This document shows positions 1 through 9,589 of a stretch of 64,000 bases of DNA, one piece after another. Each line of letters starts with the position of its first letter. The stretch's first letter is position 1. The DNA comes from Cenarchaeum sp. GTDB taxonomy: Archaea > Thermoproteota > Nitrososphaeria > Nitrososphaerales > Nitrosopumilaceae. The notes under the pieces were generated by a model that saw only the letters and a list, made by a program, of their open reading frames with translations, had not been told where the DNA came from and ran no database searches. Made by a program: the position numbers and the translations under genes. The DNA is taken from NCBI GenBank assembly GCA_965242695.1, contig CBDESU010000002.1, positions 1,088,001-1,152,000 on the forward strand, written 5' to 3'.

Positions 1-230
1 TCGGGCCGGCCCGCGGGTCCCGTACCCAGCCCCTCGATCTCCTCCCTGATCCCCGCTATGCTCCTGTCGAGACCTGCGATTTCCCGTCGGACGACTTCCT
101 CGTACTGCGCGGGATCGCCGGCGGCCCATGCAATGCCTCCGCCCGCGGGCCCGACCGCCGCAGTGGCTGCCGCAACCGCTGCGACGCAAAGCGACGTTGC
201 CAAGTATATATCACGCACTCTTCGCGGCAC
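1..230 (-). CDS. N-terminal part of a secreted/exported protein (runs off the window start)
   Basis: GTG at 230 lies about 30 nt behind a TTTTAT box (258-264). The open frame reads VPRRVRDIYLATSLCVAAVAAATAAVGPAGGGIAWAAGDPAQYEEVVRREIAGLDRSIAGIREEIEGL (signal peptide, then coiled coil). Confidence 0.55.
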   Translation of the reverse strand, partial: MPRRVRDIYLATSLCVAAVAAATAAVGPAGGGIAWAAGDPAQYEEVVRREIAGLDRSIAGIREEIEGLGTGPAGRP

Positions 231-496
231 ATGCACAGGACGGTGTGCCATCCGGCGCATAAAAGGATGCCCATACATTGTTCAGTACGGGCCCGCTTTG
301 GCTGGGAGAAGACGGGCACGAGAGATGCACTCTGAACTGAGTGGGGCTCCCTGCGCAGGGGCGGACGGCGGGGGCCTGTGCTCCCATTCGCGGCCCGATC
401 CAGCCTCAGTTAGCCGCAGCACGTTGGATGCTGCCCCGCCGGCCCGCCCGCGGCGCCCCGTCCGCCCCGAGTCCCCGCCGGCCTGGTTCGTGACCT

Positions 497-1039
497 TCAG
501 GCCTTCTTGATCAGCACGAACTGCGGCTGCGCCGCGTCGATATCCTCGTGCATCCGCACGTTGCTGATGATCTTGACCCTCTGGTCGAGCCACCTCTTGT
601 ACATGTTGCGGCCCCAGCACGGCGTCGGCGCGCCCTCGATCGGCTCGCCCTCGCCGCCGCCGACCGCCTCGCAGCACGCGACGTACCTGGCGCAGACGCG
701 GAACGCCTCGGACACGCCTGCGTCGACCATGCGGCCGTCCTCGAGGTGGTTGAAGAAGCCGTGCGTGAACACCATGTCGACGGACGCGTCGGCAAATGGC
801 ATCGTGGCCACGCTGCCGACCCGAACGTCGGCGCCGGCCGGCAGGCGGCGCCTCGCCGCCTCGGCTATGCGCGGGTTCGAGTCCAGTCCGTGCACGGCGA
901 CCGTATCGGGAAACTGCAAGAGGTCGTTGCCGGCGTTGCACCCAATCTCGAGGACGCTCGTGCATCGCAGCTGCACCGTCAGGTCGCGGATGAACCTGCC
1001 AAACTCCGCGTTGGCGTTCGAGTCGGCCTCGGCGGCCAT
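497..1039 (-). CDS. Class I SAM-dependent methyltransferase
   Basis: Motifs SVLEIGCNAG, VHGLD and MPFADASVDMVFTHG. Confidence 0.85.
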   Translation of the reverse strand: MAAEADSNANAEFGRFIRDLTVQLRCTSVLEIGCNAGNDLLQFPDTVAVHGLDSNPRIAEAARRRLPAGADVRVGSVATMPFADASVDMVFTHGFFNHLEDGRMVDAGVSEAFRVCARYVACCEAVGGGEGEPIEGAPTPCWGRNMYKRWLDQRVKIISNVRMHEDIDAAQPQFVLIKKA

Positions 1040-1081
1040 GCGCTCCCAGTACGCGTCGTCCGTGCCCGCCCCCTCCCTCCG

Positions 1082-1294
1082 CTACTCCGGCCCTGGCGCC
1101 GTTCCGCCGCCGCCGCACTCGCCGCACCCGCAGGGCACGACTGCCGTGTCGAACGAGCAGTCGTGCGGCCCGTCCGACCTGCCCGAAACGGGAATCTCGC
1201 GCATGCACTCCGAGTGGCGCCCCTTGGTGCAGAACCAGCATGCGGGCGCCGCCACGGCCTCTGCCCCGCCCTCCGCGAGTCCCATCCCGTCCAC
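1082..1294 (-). CDS. Small Cys/His-rich (putative Zn-binding) protein
   Basis: CWFC..H..C and CGCGEC motifs; co-oriented between ilvE and the methyltransferase. Confidence 0.65.
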   Translation of the reverse strand: MDGMGLAEGGAEAVAAPACWFCTKGRHSECMREIPVSGRSDGPHDCSFDTAVVPCGCGECGGGGTAPGPE

Positions 1295-1306
1295 CCCGCG
1301 CGCGGC

Positions 1307-2224
1307 TCACCGCACCGGCGTGAGCCACGAGGCGAACCTGTCGTCCCTGCCCATTGCCGCGTCGGCAAACGACCTCTGCAGCCTTTTCGTGACGGGGCCT
1401 ATCCTGCCGTCCGATATGCGGGCCCTGTCGACGACGGCGACCGACTTTACCTCGGCGGCCGTGCCGACCATGAACACCTCGTCGGCCGTGTACAGGTCCT
1501 CCCTGTCCAGGTCGGCCTCGACGACGTCGCCGCCGTCGGACCGCATGATGCGGATGACGCTGTCGCGCGTAATCCCCTCCAGTATGCCCGACGTGAGCGG
1601 CGGCGTCGTGACCGTCCCGTCCCTGACGGCGAATATGTTCTCGGCGCTGCCCTCTGCGACCTTGCCGGCCGAGTTGAGCATGATGGCCTCGTCGTAGCCG
1701 TTCTCGAGCGCCTCGACCCTGGCAAGCGCGGCGTTGGCGTAGTTCGAGGCCGCCTTTGCCTTCATCGGCTGCGACCTAGAGTCTATGCGGACCCAGCTAG
1801 ACACCATGCACCTGGCGCCGGCGAACTTGCCGGCCCTGGACTCGCCCATCTTCCACTCCCAGCACGACACGGACAGGTCGACCCTGTTCTTGGTCGGCGT
1901 CAGGCCCATCTCGCCGTACCCGTAGTACGCGAGCGGCCGTATGTAGCACTCGCGCAGGCCGCTGGCCCTCACCGTCTTTAGTATCGCATCCGAGACCTGC
2001 CCCTTGGTGTACCGCATCTTCATAGAGTACATGCGCGCCGACCTGAACAGCCTGTCGACGTGCTCGGGCAGCCTGAACACGGCGGGGCCGCTGGCGGTGT
2101 CGTAGCAGCGCAGCCCCTCGAAGACGGCCGTCGAGTAGTGCAGCGCATGCGTCAGGACGTGCACCCTTGCGCTCTTGAACGGGACCAGCCTGCCGTTCAT
2201 CCAGATCTTGCCGGTCTCTTTCAC
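1307..2224 (-). CDS. ilvE: Branched-chain amino acid aminotransferase
   Basis: Motifs LHYSTAVFEG, KAASNY, EGSAENIF, ILEGITR and GTAAEV. GTG start at 2224 lies behind TTTAAA (2247-2252); the ORF-track start at 2296 is inside the IS. Confidence 0.95.
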   Translation of the reverse strand: MKETGKIWMNGRLVPFKSARVHVLTHALHYSTAVFEGLRCYDTASGPAVFRLPEHVDRLFRSARMYSMKMRYTKGQVSDAILKTVRASGLRECYIRPLAYYGYGEMGLTPTKNRVDLSVSCWEWKMGESRAGKFAGARCMVSSWVRIDSRSQPMKAKAASNYANAALARVEALENGYDEAIMLNSAGKVAEGSAENIFAVRDGTVTTPPLTSGILEGITRDSVIRIMRSDGGDVVEADLDREDLYTADEVFMVGTAAEVKSVAVVDRARISDGRIGPVTKRLQRSFADAAMGRDDRFASWLTPVR

Positions 2225-2342
2225 GGGGCGCCGGCCGCGGCGCCGCCTTAAAGAGTTGGCGCGTACGAGGTCAGATCCCCCTACGCTGGGAGTCAAGATG
2301 TTGTGACTCCCCCCGTCTTATGGTCGCGCCACAAGGCGTGTC

Positions 2343-4742
2343 GTGCATTGTGAGCATGGGTGCCATGTCAGGATCGCCGAGCTCGAAGCGAGAGTTGACG
2401 AGATGGAGGGCGTTGCGAGGCGGGAGCGCGAGGACAAGGAGAAGGCGCTTGCCGCATGCCAGTTCGTCCAGGACCGCCTGGAATTTATCGAGCCGATGTA
2501 CTGTACCGTGCGCCGCGACAACGAGGGCCTGTGGGCGGCCATTGCATCCATGCGGACGAGGCTGCGGGGCGAGGAGGCGGGGCGGGCAGAGGCCGAGGAG
2601 GAGCGCGACATGTACCGCGGCGCGGCGGCCGAGGCCCAGTCCCTCCGGGGGCAGCTGGCCGCCGAGACGGATGCCCGGCTCAATGCGGAGGATCACTGCC
2701 GGACGCTGATCAGCCATCTCCGCGTCGATCCGCGCACGGGCAGGACGGTGTACAGGAACGGGCCCAACACGCCGTCGTCGGCGCGCAAAAAGGCGGCAGT
2801 GGAGCAGGCGGCGGCGGCCGACGGCCGGCAGGGGGGCTCGGCAGGAGGAGGGAGAGGCGGCGGCGGCGTGAGGAGGAGGCGCACCGTGCCGGGAAGGCCC
2901 GGCGGCAGGCCGGGCCACCAGGGCCACGGACGCTCCTACAAGCCGACAAGGACGGTACGCAACAACCTCCCGCGAAACCCCGACGGGACGCTGGCCCTGC
3001 AGCCGTGCAGGTGCGGCGGGGGCCACTGGGAGCTTGTCAACAACGAGGGGCGGATCATCCTGGATCTGCGCTACATCCTCGAGTGCATAAAGTCCGTCCG
3101 GGAGATGGCCAAGTGCACCGGCTGCGGCGCGATGCGCCCGGCCGTCGACGGGCTGCCTGCAAAGGGCAGCTGGAGCCGCCCCCTGTGCGGCTTTGGCGCG
3201 TCGCTTCGGGCCCACAAGATGAGCAACGGCGACATCTCAGATGTGCTCACCGACATGGCCCCTCCGGGGATCAAGGTGACAAAGTCGAACGTGGTCGACT
3301 CGCTCGGAAGGATCTGCGATGCGTCAAGGCCCCACTCGGAGGCCATACTCTCGAAGATCAACGACGAGGCGGTGGTCTACGAGGACGAGACGACGTCGCT
3401 TGCGGTGCCGCCCAGGCACACGGCCGAGCGGGCCGAGAAGCTTGCCGTTGCGGGGTCGATCAGCGCGGCCCTGATCGCATCCGTCCCGCCAAGCGGACTG
3501 CCGGCCGTGCTTGCGGTCGATCCCTCGGCCTCGTCGTGGCCAGTCTCGGCTGCCCTGGACGCCAATGCGGCCCTTGGGCTGGAAGACTATGACTGCGCCC
3601 TCGGCATCCCGCCGCCCAGCGCGGCGGGGCCCGGCCCGCCGGCATCGGCGCCCTCGGCGCCCTCGGCTGCCGCATCGGGGCTGGAAGAGGGTCGCGGCGG
3701 CGGCGGCGGCGGCGGCGCTGGCGCCCTCGGCATCCCGCCGCCCAGCGCGGCGGGGCCCGGCCCGCCGGCATCGGCGCTGGAAGGAGAGTGGAACGGCCGC
3801 GTTGCCGCCCCCGCCGCCGCCCGCCCCCGCTGCCAGGCCTCCTCGCACCCCAATGGAGCGGCGGGCCTGCTGGCGGCTGCACTGGCGGCGGCGGCAGACG
3901 GCATGCCCGGGCGGCCTGCGGCCGCGGCCGCGGCCCGGTGGCCGAGCCTCGGGGATGCGGCCGCGGCCGCGGCCGCAGGCATCTCGGCCGCCTCGCTGAT
4001 CGACGCGGCGGCCCGCACGGCCGCCGGCATCGGGCCGGACGAGGACCTGGTCGGGGCCGCGGCGGAGGCGTGCCTCCGGGACGGCTCGGCCGACGGCTCG
4101 GGATGGGTATGGGTATTTGCGGCCGCCAGCGGCCTCGTCGCCTACCGGTTTGGGCTGACCCGCGCGGGCGACATGCACGACAAGTACATGGCGGGATTCA
4201 AGGGAATCCTCGTCTCCGACCGGTTCCCGGTGTACCGGAGCAGGTTCGAGGCCGACGGCAGGCTCCAGCTGTGCTGGGCCCACGAGCTTCGCGACATAGC
4301 CGAGGCCGCGATACGGCCGGGATCGTCGCTGGCCGTCAGGCGCCTGTACCGGGACGTGCTGGGCGTGTTCAGGGCCGCCAGGGATGCGGCCGCCGACGCC
4401 GGCATTCCCCGCACGGGGGAGCTGCGGGCCATGCACGAGAAGCGCCTGGACGACGTGCTCGACAGGTACCGCGGGTGCGGGGAGGAGGATGCGGAGAGGA
4501 TGGTGGCCATGCTGGACCGGGACAAGCGGTCCCTGTTTACATTCCTAGAGCACGAGGGGGTCGAGCCGACCAACAACAGGGCCGAGAGGGCCCTCCGCTA
4601 CATCGTCCTGCTGCGCAAGATATTCGGACAGATCAAGGGCGGCCGGATATCCATGGAGCGGTGGGGCCACTTTGCCACGTGCGTGATGAGCTGGCGGGCC
4701 CAGGGCAAGTCGATAATGGCAGAGGTCGCCCGGATCATGTAG
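2343..4742 (+). CDS. IS66 TnpC-like DDE transposase with a large low-complexity insert
   Basis: N-terminal coiled coil, NTPSS, PGHQG, Zn-ribbon Cys pairs, DET, WVWVF, GILVSD, QLCWAH and PTNNRAERALR. Confidence 0.9.
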   Translation: MHCEHGCHVRIAELEARVDEMEGVARREREDKEKALAACQFVQDRLEFIEPMYCTVRRDNEGLWAAIASMRTRLRGEEAGRAEAEEERDMYRGAAAEAQSLRGQLAAETDARLNAEDHCRTLISHLRVDPRTGRTVYRNGPNTPSSARKKAAVEQAAAADGRQGGSAGGGRGGGGVRRRRTVPGRPGGRPGHQGHGRSYKPTRTVRNNLPRNPDGTLALQPCRCGGGHWELVNNEGRIILDLRYILECIKSVREMAKCTGCGAMRPAVDGLPAKGSWSRPLCGFGASLRAHKMSNGDISDVLTDMAPPGIKVTKSNVVDSLGRICDASRPHSEAILSKINDEAVVYEDETTSLAVPPRHTAERAEKLAVAGSISAALIASVPPSGLPAVLAVDPSASSWPVSAALDANAALGLEDYDCALGIPPPSAAGPGPPASAPSAPSAAASGLEEGRGGGGGGGAGALGIPPPSAAGPGPPASALEGEWNGRVAAPAAARPRCQASSHPNGAAGLLAAALAAAADGMPGRPAAAAAARWPSLGDAAAAAAAGISAASLIDAAARTAAGIGPDEDLVGAAAEACLRDGSADGSGWVWVFAAASGLVAYRFGLTRAGDMHDKYMAGFKGILVSDRFPVYRSRFEADGRLQLCWAHELRDIAEAAIRPGSSLAVRRLYRDVLGVFRAARDAAADAGIPRTGELRAMHEKRLDDVLDRYRGCGEEDAERMVAMLDRDKRSLFTFLEHEGVEPTNNRAERALRYIVLLRKIFGQIKGGRISMERWGHFATCVMSWRAQGKSIMAEVARIM
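3595..3777 (+). repeat. 57-bp perfect direct repeat inside the transposase insert
   Basis: 3595-3651 equals 3721-3777 and encodes ALGIPPPSAAGPGPPASA twice. Confidence 0.85.
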
Positions 4743-5115
4743 CCGGGGCGGCGGACCGGCCGGCCCTTCCGCCGTCCGGCCTCCTCTTCTCCTTCTTCTT
4801 CCCGCCGCCCTTCCCGCTCCCCCCGCCGCCCCGCCAGCTTGCAGCGACTGCGGCCGCGGCCGCGGGGCCGAGCTCTGCCTTGATCCGCGCCGTCTCGGCC
4901 TTGATCCGCGCCGTCTCGGCCCTGACGCGGGCTATCTCTTCCATGTACCAGGCCCTGTCGCCGAGCAGCTGCTCGCGCAGGCGCATCTGCTCCTTGATGC
5001 CCTCCTCAAAGAGCCCGACCTTGGCCATCTTCTCTGCCGCCATGGCGGCCAGCATCCTACTGGCCATCCGATCGCTCGCTATGGATCGCCGGAGCTCGTC
5101 CTCCCTGTCGCACAT
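4735..5115 (-). CDS. IS-borne coiled-coil protein, convergent with the transposase
   Basis: 126-aa ORF starting 80 bp inside the right end; heptads ETARIKA; basic C-terminal tail. Confidence 0.55.
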   Translation of the reverse strand: MCDREDELRRSIASDRMASRMLAAMAAEKMAKVGLFEEGIKEQMRLREQLLGDRAWYMEEIARVRAETARIKAETARIKAELGPAAAAAVAASWRGGGGSGKGGGKKKEKRRPDGGRAGRSAAPAT

Positions 5116-5226
5116 GCCGCACGATCCCGTGTTGCCGCTAGGGTCGCCGTGTCAACATCCTTCTGTCCTGCGGTAAGGGGGATCTGACCACGTACGTTGG
5201 CGCGGCGCCCCCTGCCGGGGCCCCGC

Positions 5227-5311
5227 GGCCGGCGCGGGCGGGGCGGATGTGGCCGGCGCGGGCGGGGCGGATGTGGCCGGCGCGGGCGGGGCGGATGTGG
5301 CCGGCGCGGGC
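5227..5311. repeat. 24-bp tandem repeat, about 3.5 copies
   Basis: Unit GGCCGGCGCGGGCGGGGCGGATGT. Confidence 0.85.
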
Positions 5312-5373
5312 GCGCGCCGGGGGCCGCCGTGGGCCCGCGGCCGCTTATTTAGCGCGGGGGCGGGCGGCCATAC

Positions 5374-6414
5374 ATGCGCGGGATGCGGGGCGCAACGGAG
5401 GGGCTGCCCGCGGCTGCGGCCACTGCGACCGCCCTTGCCGTCGCGGCTGCCGCTGCCGCATGGGCGCCGGCCGATCTAGCCTGCCTGGATCCGAGGCCGC
5501 AGTGCGGCGGCATCGCCGCCCCGCAGTGCGCCGCGGCGCAGCATTCGGCGCGAATGTCCATTGCGGTGACGCTCGCCGACGACGTCCTGGTGATGGGCGA
5601 CGGCGGCGTCCACCTGCGCGGAGACGTCGCCGTGCACAACTACGACCCGCGCGAGGGCCACCTGTTCCAAGAGATCAGGGCCGAGCCGTCCGGCCGCGTC
5701 GTCTCAAAGTCCAAGATCTTTACGAGGACCGGCTCGGACGGCGAGTGGGTCGCCCAGGTCGGCGCCGTGCTGAGGCCCGAGGACTACCCGCCGGGCGGCT
5801 ACTCGATCGGGGTGGTGACGGAGTCTGGCCTGCGGTCGCCGCGGGCGGCGTTTGCAGTGTCTGCCGGGCCGGCGGGGGCGGATGATGCCGCTCCCCCGCC
5901 TCCGCCGCAGCGGCAGCCCGACGGGCCCCCTGCGGCGCTCGAGCCGATCGCCGATGCGGTTCCCGCAGAGGTGGCCGAGATGCTGCAGGGTGCGCCGGCC
6001 GGAATGTCGCGGCTCGACGTGCCGCCCGAGCTGCCCGAGCTGCCCGAGCTGCCCGAGCTGCCCGAGCTGCCCGAGCTGCCCGGGCCCGACGATGCGGCCT
6101 CTGCCCCTTCTCCGGACGCCGCTCCCCCTACGCCAGTAGCGGACGCCCCCGATGCGCCCCTCCCCCCCGATGCTGCCCCCGTCCGCCCCTTCGTGCCGGC
6201 GACTCGGCCCGCCCCCGCAGCCGCGGACCCGCCCCCCGACCCCGACAGCGGCATCCTCGGCCACCTCGCAGGCCTGCTCACCGCCAGCTACCTAGTGACG
6301 ATCATCGTGTCCGTAATCATCTCGTTCGCCGTCATGTTCGCCGTCAGGACGGCCATCCGGCGCGCGATGCGCCGCAGGGCCTCTAGGGCTCCCAGGGCGG
6401 CGCGCCGGCCCTAG
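5374..6414 (+). CDS. Membrane-anchored surface protein with Pro-rich stalk
   Basis: Signal peptide, beta-rich domain, (PEL)6 repeat at 6025-6078, C-terminal TM helix and basic tail; TTATTTA box at about 5345. Confidence 0.7.
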   Translation: MRGMRGATEGLPAAAATATALAVAAAAAAWAPADLACLDPRPQCGGIAAPQCAAAQHSARMSIAVTLADDVLVMGDGGVHLRGDVAVHNYDPREGHLFQEIRAEPSGRVVSKSKIFTRTGSDGEWVAQVGAVLRPEDYPPGGYSIGVVTESGLRSPRAAFAVSAGPAGADDAAPPPPPQRQPDGPPAALEPIADAVPAEVAEMLQGAPAGMSRLDVPPELPELPELPELPELPELPGPDDAASAPSPDAAPPTPVADAPDAPLPPDAAPVRPFVPATRPAPAAADPPPDPDSGILGHLAGLLTASYLVTIIVSVIISFAVMFAVRTAIRRAMRRRASRAPRAARRP

Positions 6415-6732
6415 AGAAGCCCCGCCGGGGCCGTCCTAGGCGTCCCGGCACCCCTCCCGCACGGCATCTATATTGATCAGGCATATATACCAGGCCCGCG
6501 CCTGTAGTCCAACGCGTGTTTTGGGTAACGCCGGGGCCGATTCTAGATGGGGCCCGAGAAGAAACCCAGCGTTGGAGGACCGGCCCAGAGCCGGCGGTCC
6601 AACATACAACAACACGGCGGCACTCCGCCGTGTATCATCCTCTGCGGGGCCGGCGCCCGCCCTCCGACCTGGCCGCCGGCACTCCGCCTGCAGAGCGCCT
6701 GGATGCGGGGGCGGGGCCCCCTCCCGCGCCCG

Positions 6733-8181
6733 CTACTCGAACCCTATCCCGGCGCGCTCGGCGTGGACGGCCCTGAGGGCGTCGCCGACGTTGTCCCCCG
6801 AGTCCTCTATGATGACGATGATCCTCGACGTCTCCTCCTGCGCGTCCATGTTGAGTATGTTCAGGCCGGCCCTCCCGAGGCTCGCGCTAGTCCTTGCCGC
6901 CACGTGCTGGACGCGCCACATCTCGTCGCCGATGAGCGTGACGACGCCGCGGCCGTACGTGATGGTCGCAAGCGGGTCGAAGCCGAGAAAGTACTTTTCG
7001 TTGCGCCGCACGTAGTCTGCGTCCAGGAACAGCATGCGCGTGAACTCTACGCCGTCCCTGATGAACGGCGAGAGCGTCACGTACTCGCTGTACCTGCGGT
7101 CCTTCCTGAGGGACACGGCGAGCCTGCCGGCCGCGTCCGAGTCGGACCTGAATATGGCGCAGTTCTTCTTTCCCGTTACGATCTTGATCGGGTGCGACCC
7201 GGGCGCCCGCCCTCCTCCCCCGCGGCTTACCGTCGTCGTCTTTGACGGGTCCCCCATGTTGGTGATGGCGACGGTCATGTCGACGCCGTTGTCGAGCATC
7301 TCCTTGATGGCGACGGGGTCTAGTATCTTCATGCCGAACATGCCCGCCAGCCTGGCCTCGTTGTACGACATGCTCGGCACGTCGCTGAGCCCGTCGCGGA
7401 CGACCCGGGGGTCGGCCGAGACGACGGCGCTGTCCTTCTCTAGGTCGATGCGCGCGTCGTACTTTTTGTGCAGCAGTATGCCGAGGTCTGCCGCCGTCCT
7501 GTCAGACCCGCCCCTCTCGTAGGTGGTGGTCACGCCGTCTGCCGTGCGGCCGACGAACCCGCCCATGGAGACGACGTCGCTGGCCTCGAGGAGCGACTCG
7601 AGGGCGCCGGTGTTCCTGGCCGACTCTGCGTGCAGAAAGTTGGCCGTCTCGATGTTCGCATCCGTTATTATGGGCCACGACTCGAACGGGACGGCGGCCG
7701 ACCGCACCCCGCTCCCCCTCAGGATGCAGTCCATTACGCGCGCCGAGAGTATCTCGCCGGCGAACGCGAGCGCCTCGGCGCGGACCTCGTCGGCGAACGA
7801 CCCGTCCTGCCTTGCGCTCTCGAGGGCCCGCTCGGCCCTTGCAAGGTGCGAGTCGATGGCCTCGGAGCACTCGCCGGCAAGGCCGGGCCCCGCCGGTCCC
7901 GCCATCCTCTCGTACGCGGCCCTGACCGCGGAGAGGTCGGCCTCGCGGCCGGACTCGGCCGCCTCGCCGAGGCCGATCACAATGTCGGTTATCGACCGCG
8001 CGCTCCCGTCCTCGCCGGCGGCAAGCGGCGCCGAGAAGACGCACAGCACCTTTGCATCGGCTCCGATCTCGCCTATCCGCTTTACGATTGCCGGCGCCGC
8101 TTGCCCGTCGACGCCGAGCGCGCTGCCGCCGAACTTTGCGACGACGAGCTTGCCTCCCACGGATGCGTCCCGGCCCGACAT
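6733..8181 (-). CDS. lysC: Aspartate kinase
   Basis: Motifs VAKFGGS, ERGGSDRTAA, SADPR, SYNEA and a C-terminal ACT domain; ATG 8181 lies behind TTTATA. Confidence 0.92.
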   Translation of the reverse strand: MSGRDASVGGKLVVAKFGGSALGVDGQAAPAIVKRIGEIGADAKVLCVFSAPLAAGEDGSARSITDIVIGLGEAAESGREADLSAVRAAYERMAGPAGPGLAGECSEAIDSHLARAERALESARQDGSFADEVRAEALAFAGEILSARVMDCILRGSGVRSAAVPFESWPIITDANIETANFLHAESARNTGALESLLEASDVVSMGGFVGRTADGVTTTYERGGSDRTAADLGILLHKKYDARIDLEKDSAVVSADPRVVRDGLSDVPSMSYNEARLAGMFGMKILDPVAIKEMLDNGVDMTVAITNMGDPSKTTTVSRGGGGRAPGSHPIKIVTGKKNCAIFRSDSDAAGRLAVSLRKDRRYSEYVTLSPFIRDGVEFTRMLFLDADYVRRNEKYFLGFDPLATITYGRGVVTLIGDEMWRVQHVAARTSASLGRAGLNILNMDAQEETSRIIVIIEDSGDNVGDALRAVHAERAGIGFE

Positions 8182-8203
8182 GCCGAGCCGCTGTTCTGCG
8201 CTT

Positions 8204-9337
8204 CTATAAATCGTGGGAGCCGGCCGCGCCGGCCGCCCTTGCCGCCACCGATGCAACGGCCCTGGCCGCGCCGGCCGCGCCGGGGCTGTGCCCTCCCGCG
8301 CCGACCCACGCGGCCTCTTTGCGCCTCCCGCCGGCGAGCGCCTCTCTCACGAGGGGGCCGAGCCGGCGCACGTCCGAGTGCGCAAAGCCGGCGGCAGCCG
8401 CGTTGTCCTCCTGCTCAAAGTGGCCCCGCACGGGGATGAAGACGCCGGGCGTTCCGTACTGGCCGCACTCGTCCATGGTCGAGCGGCCGGCAAGAGAGAC
8501 GACCGCGTCGGCGGCGTGCACGTACTCGTGCAGGTTCGGCACGGCGCCGATGCGCCTTGCGCCGTCCCCGTTCGGGCCTTCCACGGCGGGCAGGGACGGG
8601 CCGGACGCGACGATCATACTGGCCCCGCCAAGCTCGGGCGCGGCGCGCCCGGCCGCCTCCAGCAGGAACCGCCCCGCCCCCGTCCCGCCGGCGCAGACGA
8701 GGACGGTGGGCTTGTCCATGCCGAACCGCTCGCGCAGGACGGCACGCGGCGCGCTAGGGCGCCTGACAGCAGGGCCGGCCAGTATGGCATGGGGGCACGC
8801 GGCGCCCCATGCTGCAGCCTCTTTTGGCCCGGGGTCGAGCGGCGCGACGACTGCATCGCACCGGGATACGATGCGCCGCATCGCGGCGTTCATCCTGGTC
8901 TCGACGAGCGAACCGGGCCAGCCCCTGCAGAACCTGGTCTCGAACACGTCCGTGACTAGGACGGTGGGGATGCCGGCCCGCTGGGCGACCGACAGCGAGG
9001 CAAAGTCCTCGTCGGAGACGACCGTATGGGGGCGGTACCGGAGGATCGGCCGGCGCGCCGCGCGCACGCACCTCCTGTAGTACAGGTAGTACGAGGCGAG
9101 CCATGCGCCGGCCCTGACGAGGGCGCCGCCCCTCACGTCGAAGCGGGGCGGGCTGTACGCGTCGTCAGCGTCGAAGCCGTGGGCGGCGAGCAGGGAGGCG
9201 GCGGCGCCGCCAGAGGCGAACCGGACGCTTGTCCGGCCGCCGCCCTCTCCGTCGAGCAGGGCGCTGCCGATCGCCGCATCGCGCGTGGCGTGGCCTAGCC
9301 CTATGGGGCTGGAAAAGAACAGGATGCCGCCGGCCAC
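8204..9337 (-). CDS. GT-B glycosyltransferase (GT28/MurG-like)
   Basis: Motifs GLGHATRD, GGTGAG, AGRST and FEQEDNA; GTG 9337 chosen from promoter spacing. Confidence 0.85.
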   Translation of the reverse strand: MAGGILFFSSPIGLGHATRDAAIGSALLDGEGGGRTSVRFASGGAAASLLAAHGFDADDAYSPPRFDVRGGALVRAGAWLASYYLYYRRCVRAARRPILRYRPHTVVSDEDFASLSVAQRAGIPTVLVTDVFETRFCRGWPGSLVETRMNAAMRRIVSRCDAVVAPLDPGPKEAAAWGAACPHAILAGPAVRRPSAPRAVLRERFGMDKPTVLVCAGGTGAGRFLLEAAGRAAPELGGASMIVASGPSLPAVEGPNGDGARRIGAVPNLHEYVHAADAVVSLAGRSTMDECGQYGTPGVFIPVRGHFEQEDNAAAAGFAHSDVRRLGPLVREALAGGRRKEAAWVGAGGHSPGAAGAARAVASVAARAAGAAGSHDL

Positions 9338-9564
9338 GGCGGCCCCGCCGGGGCGCCACATAATACCGGCTCGGGACGGGTGGGGCGCGCACACACACTG
9401 TGAGGTTCGGAGGATGCAGGCGCGGGCGGGGCGGCGCCTATGCCCGCAAAGGCGGCGAGGGTCACCTTTATTATCAAGCGGACTGTCGCCGGGCCGTGAT
9501 CACACGGGCATCAGCGGCGTGCAGGGTATCTGTCGCACACACCCCCGGCGGCGCAAAAGGCTGC

Positions 9565-9576
9565 GGGGGGGGGGGG
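9565..9576 (+). repeat. G12 homopolymer in the 5' region of the giant surface protein gene
   Basis: 12 consecutive G between a TTTATTAT box (9467-9474) and ATG 9590. Confidence 0.9.
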
Positions 9577-9589
9577 AGGCGGATCCACA

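Larger units (their letters stand above)
2263..5195. mobile_element. IS66-family insertion sequence, 2933 bp
   Basis: TIRs GTACGAGGTCAGATCCCCC (from 2263) and GGGGGATCTGACCACGTAC (to 5195), 1 mismatch in 19 bp. Perfect 8-bp TSD GTTGGCGC at 2255-2262 and 5196-5203. Confidence 0.93.

Noticed and set aside
3393-4103. Intein in the transposase
   Set aside because: No intein-like N-terminal block or His-Asn terminus, no LAGLIDADG motifs, and the sequence is low complexity.
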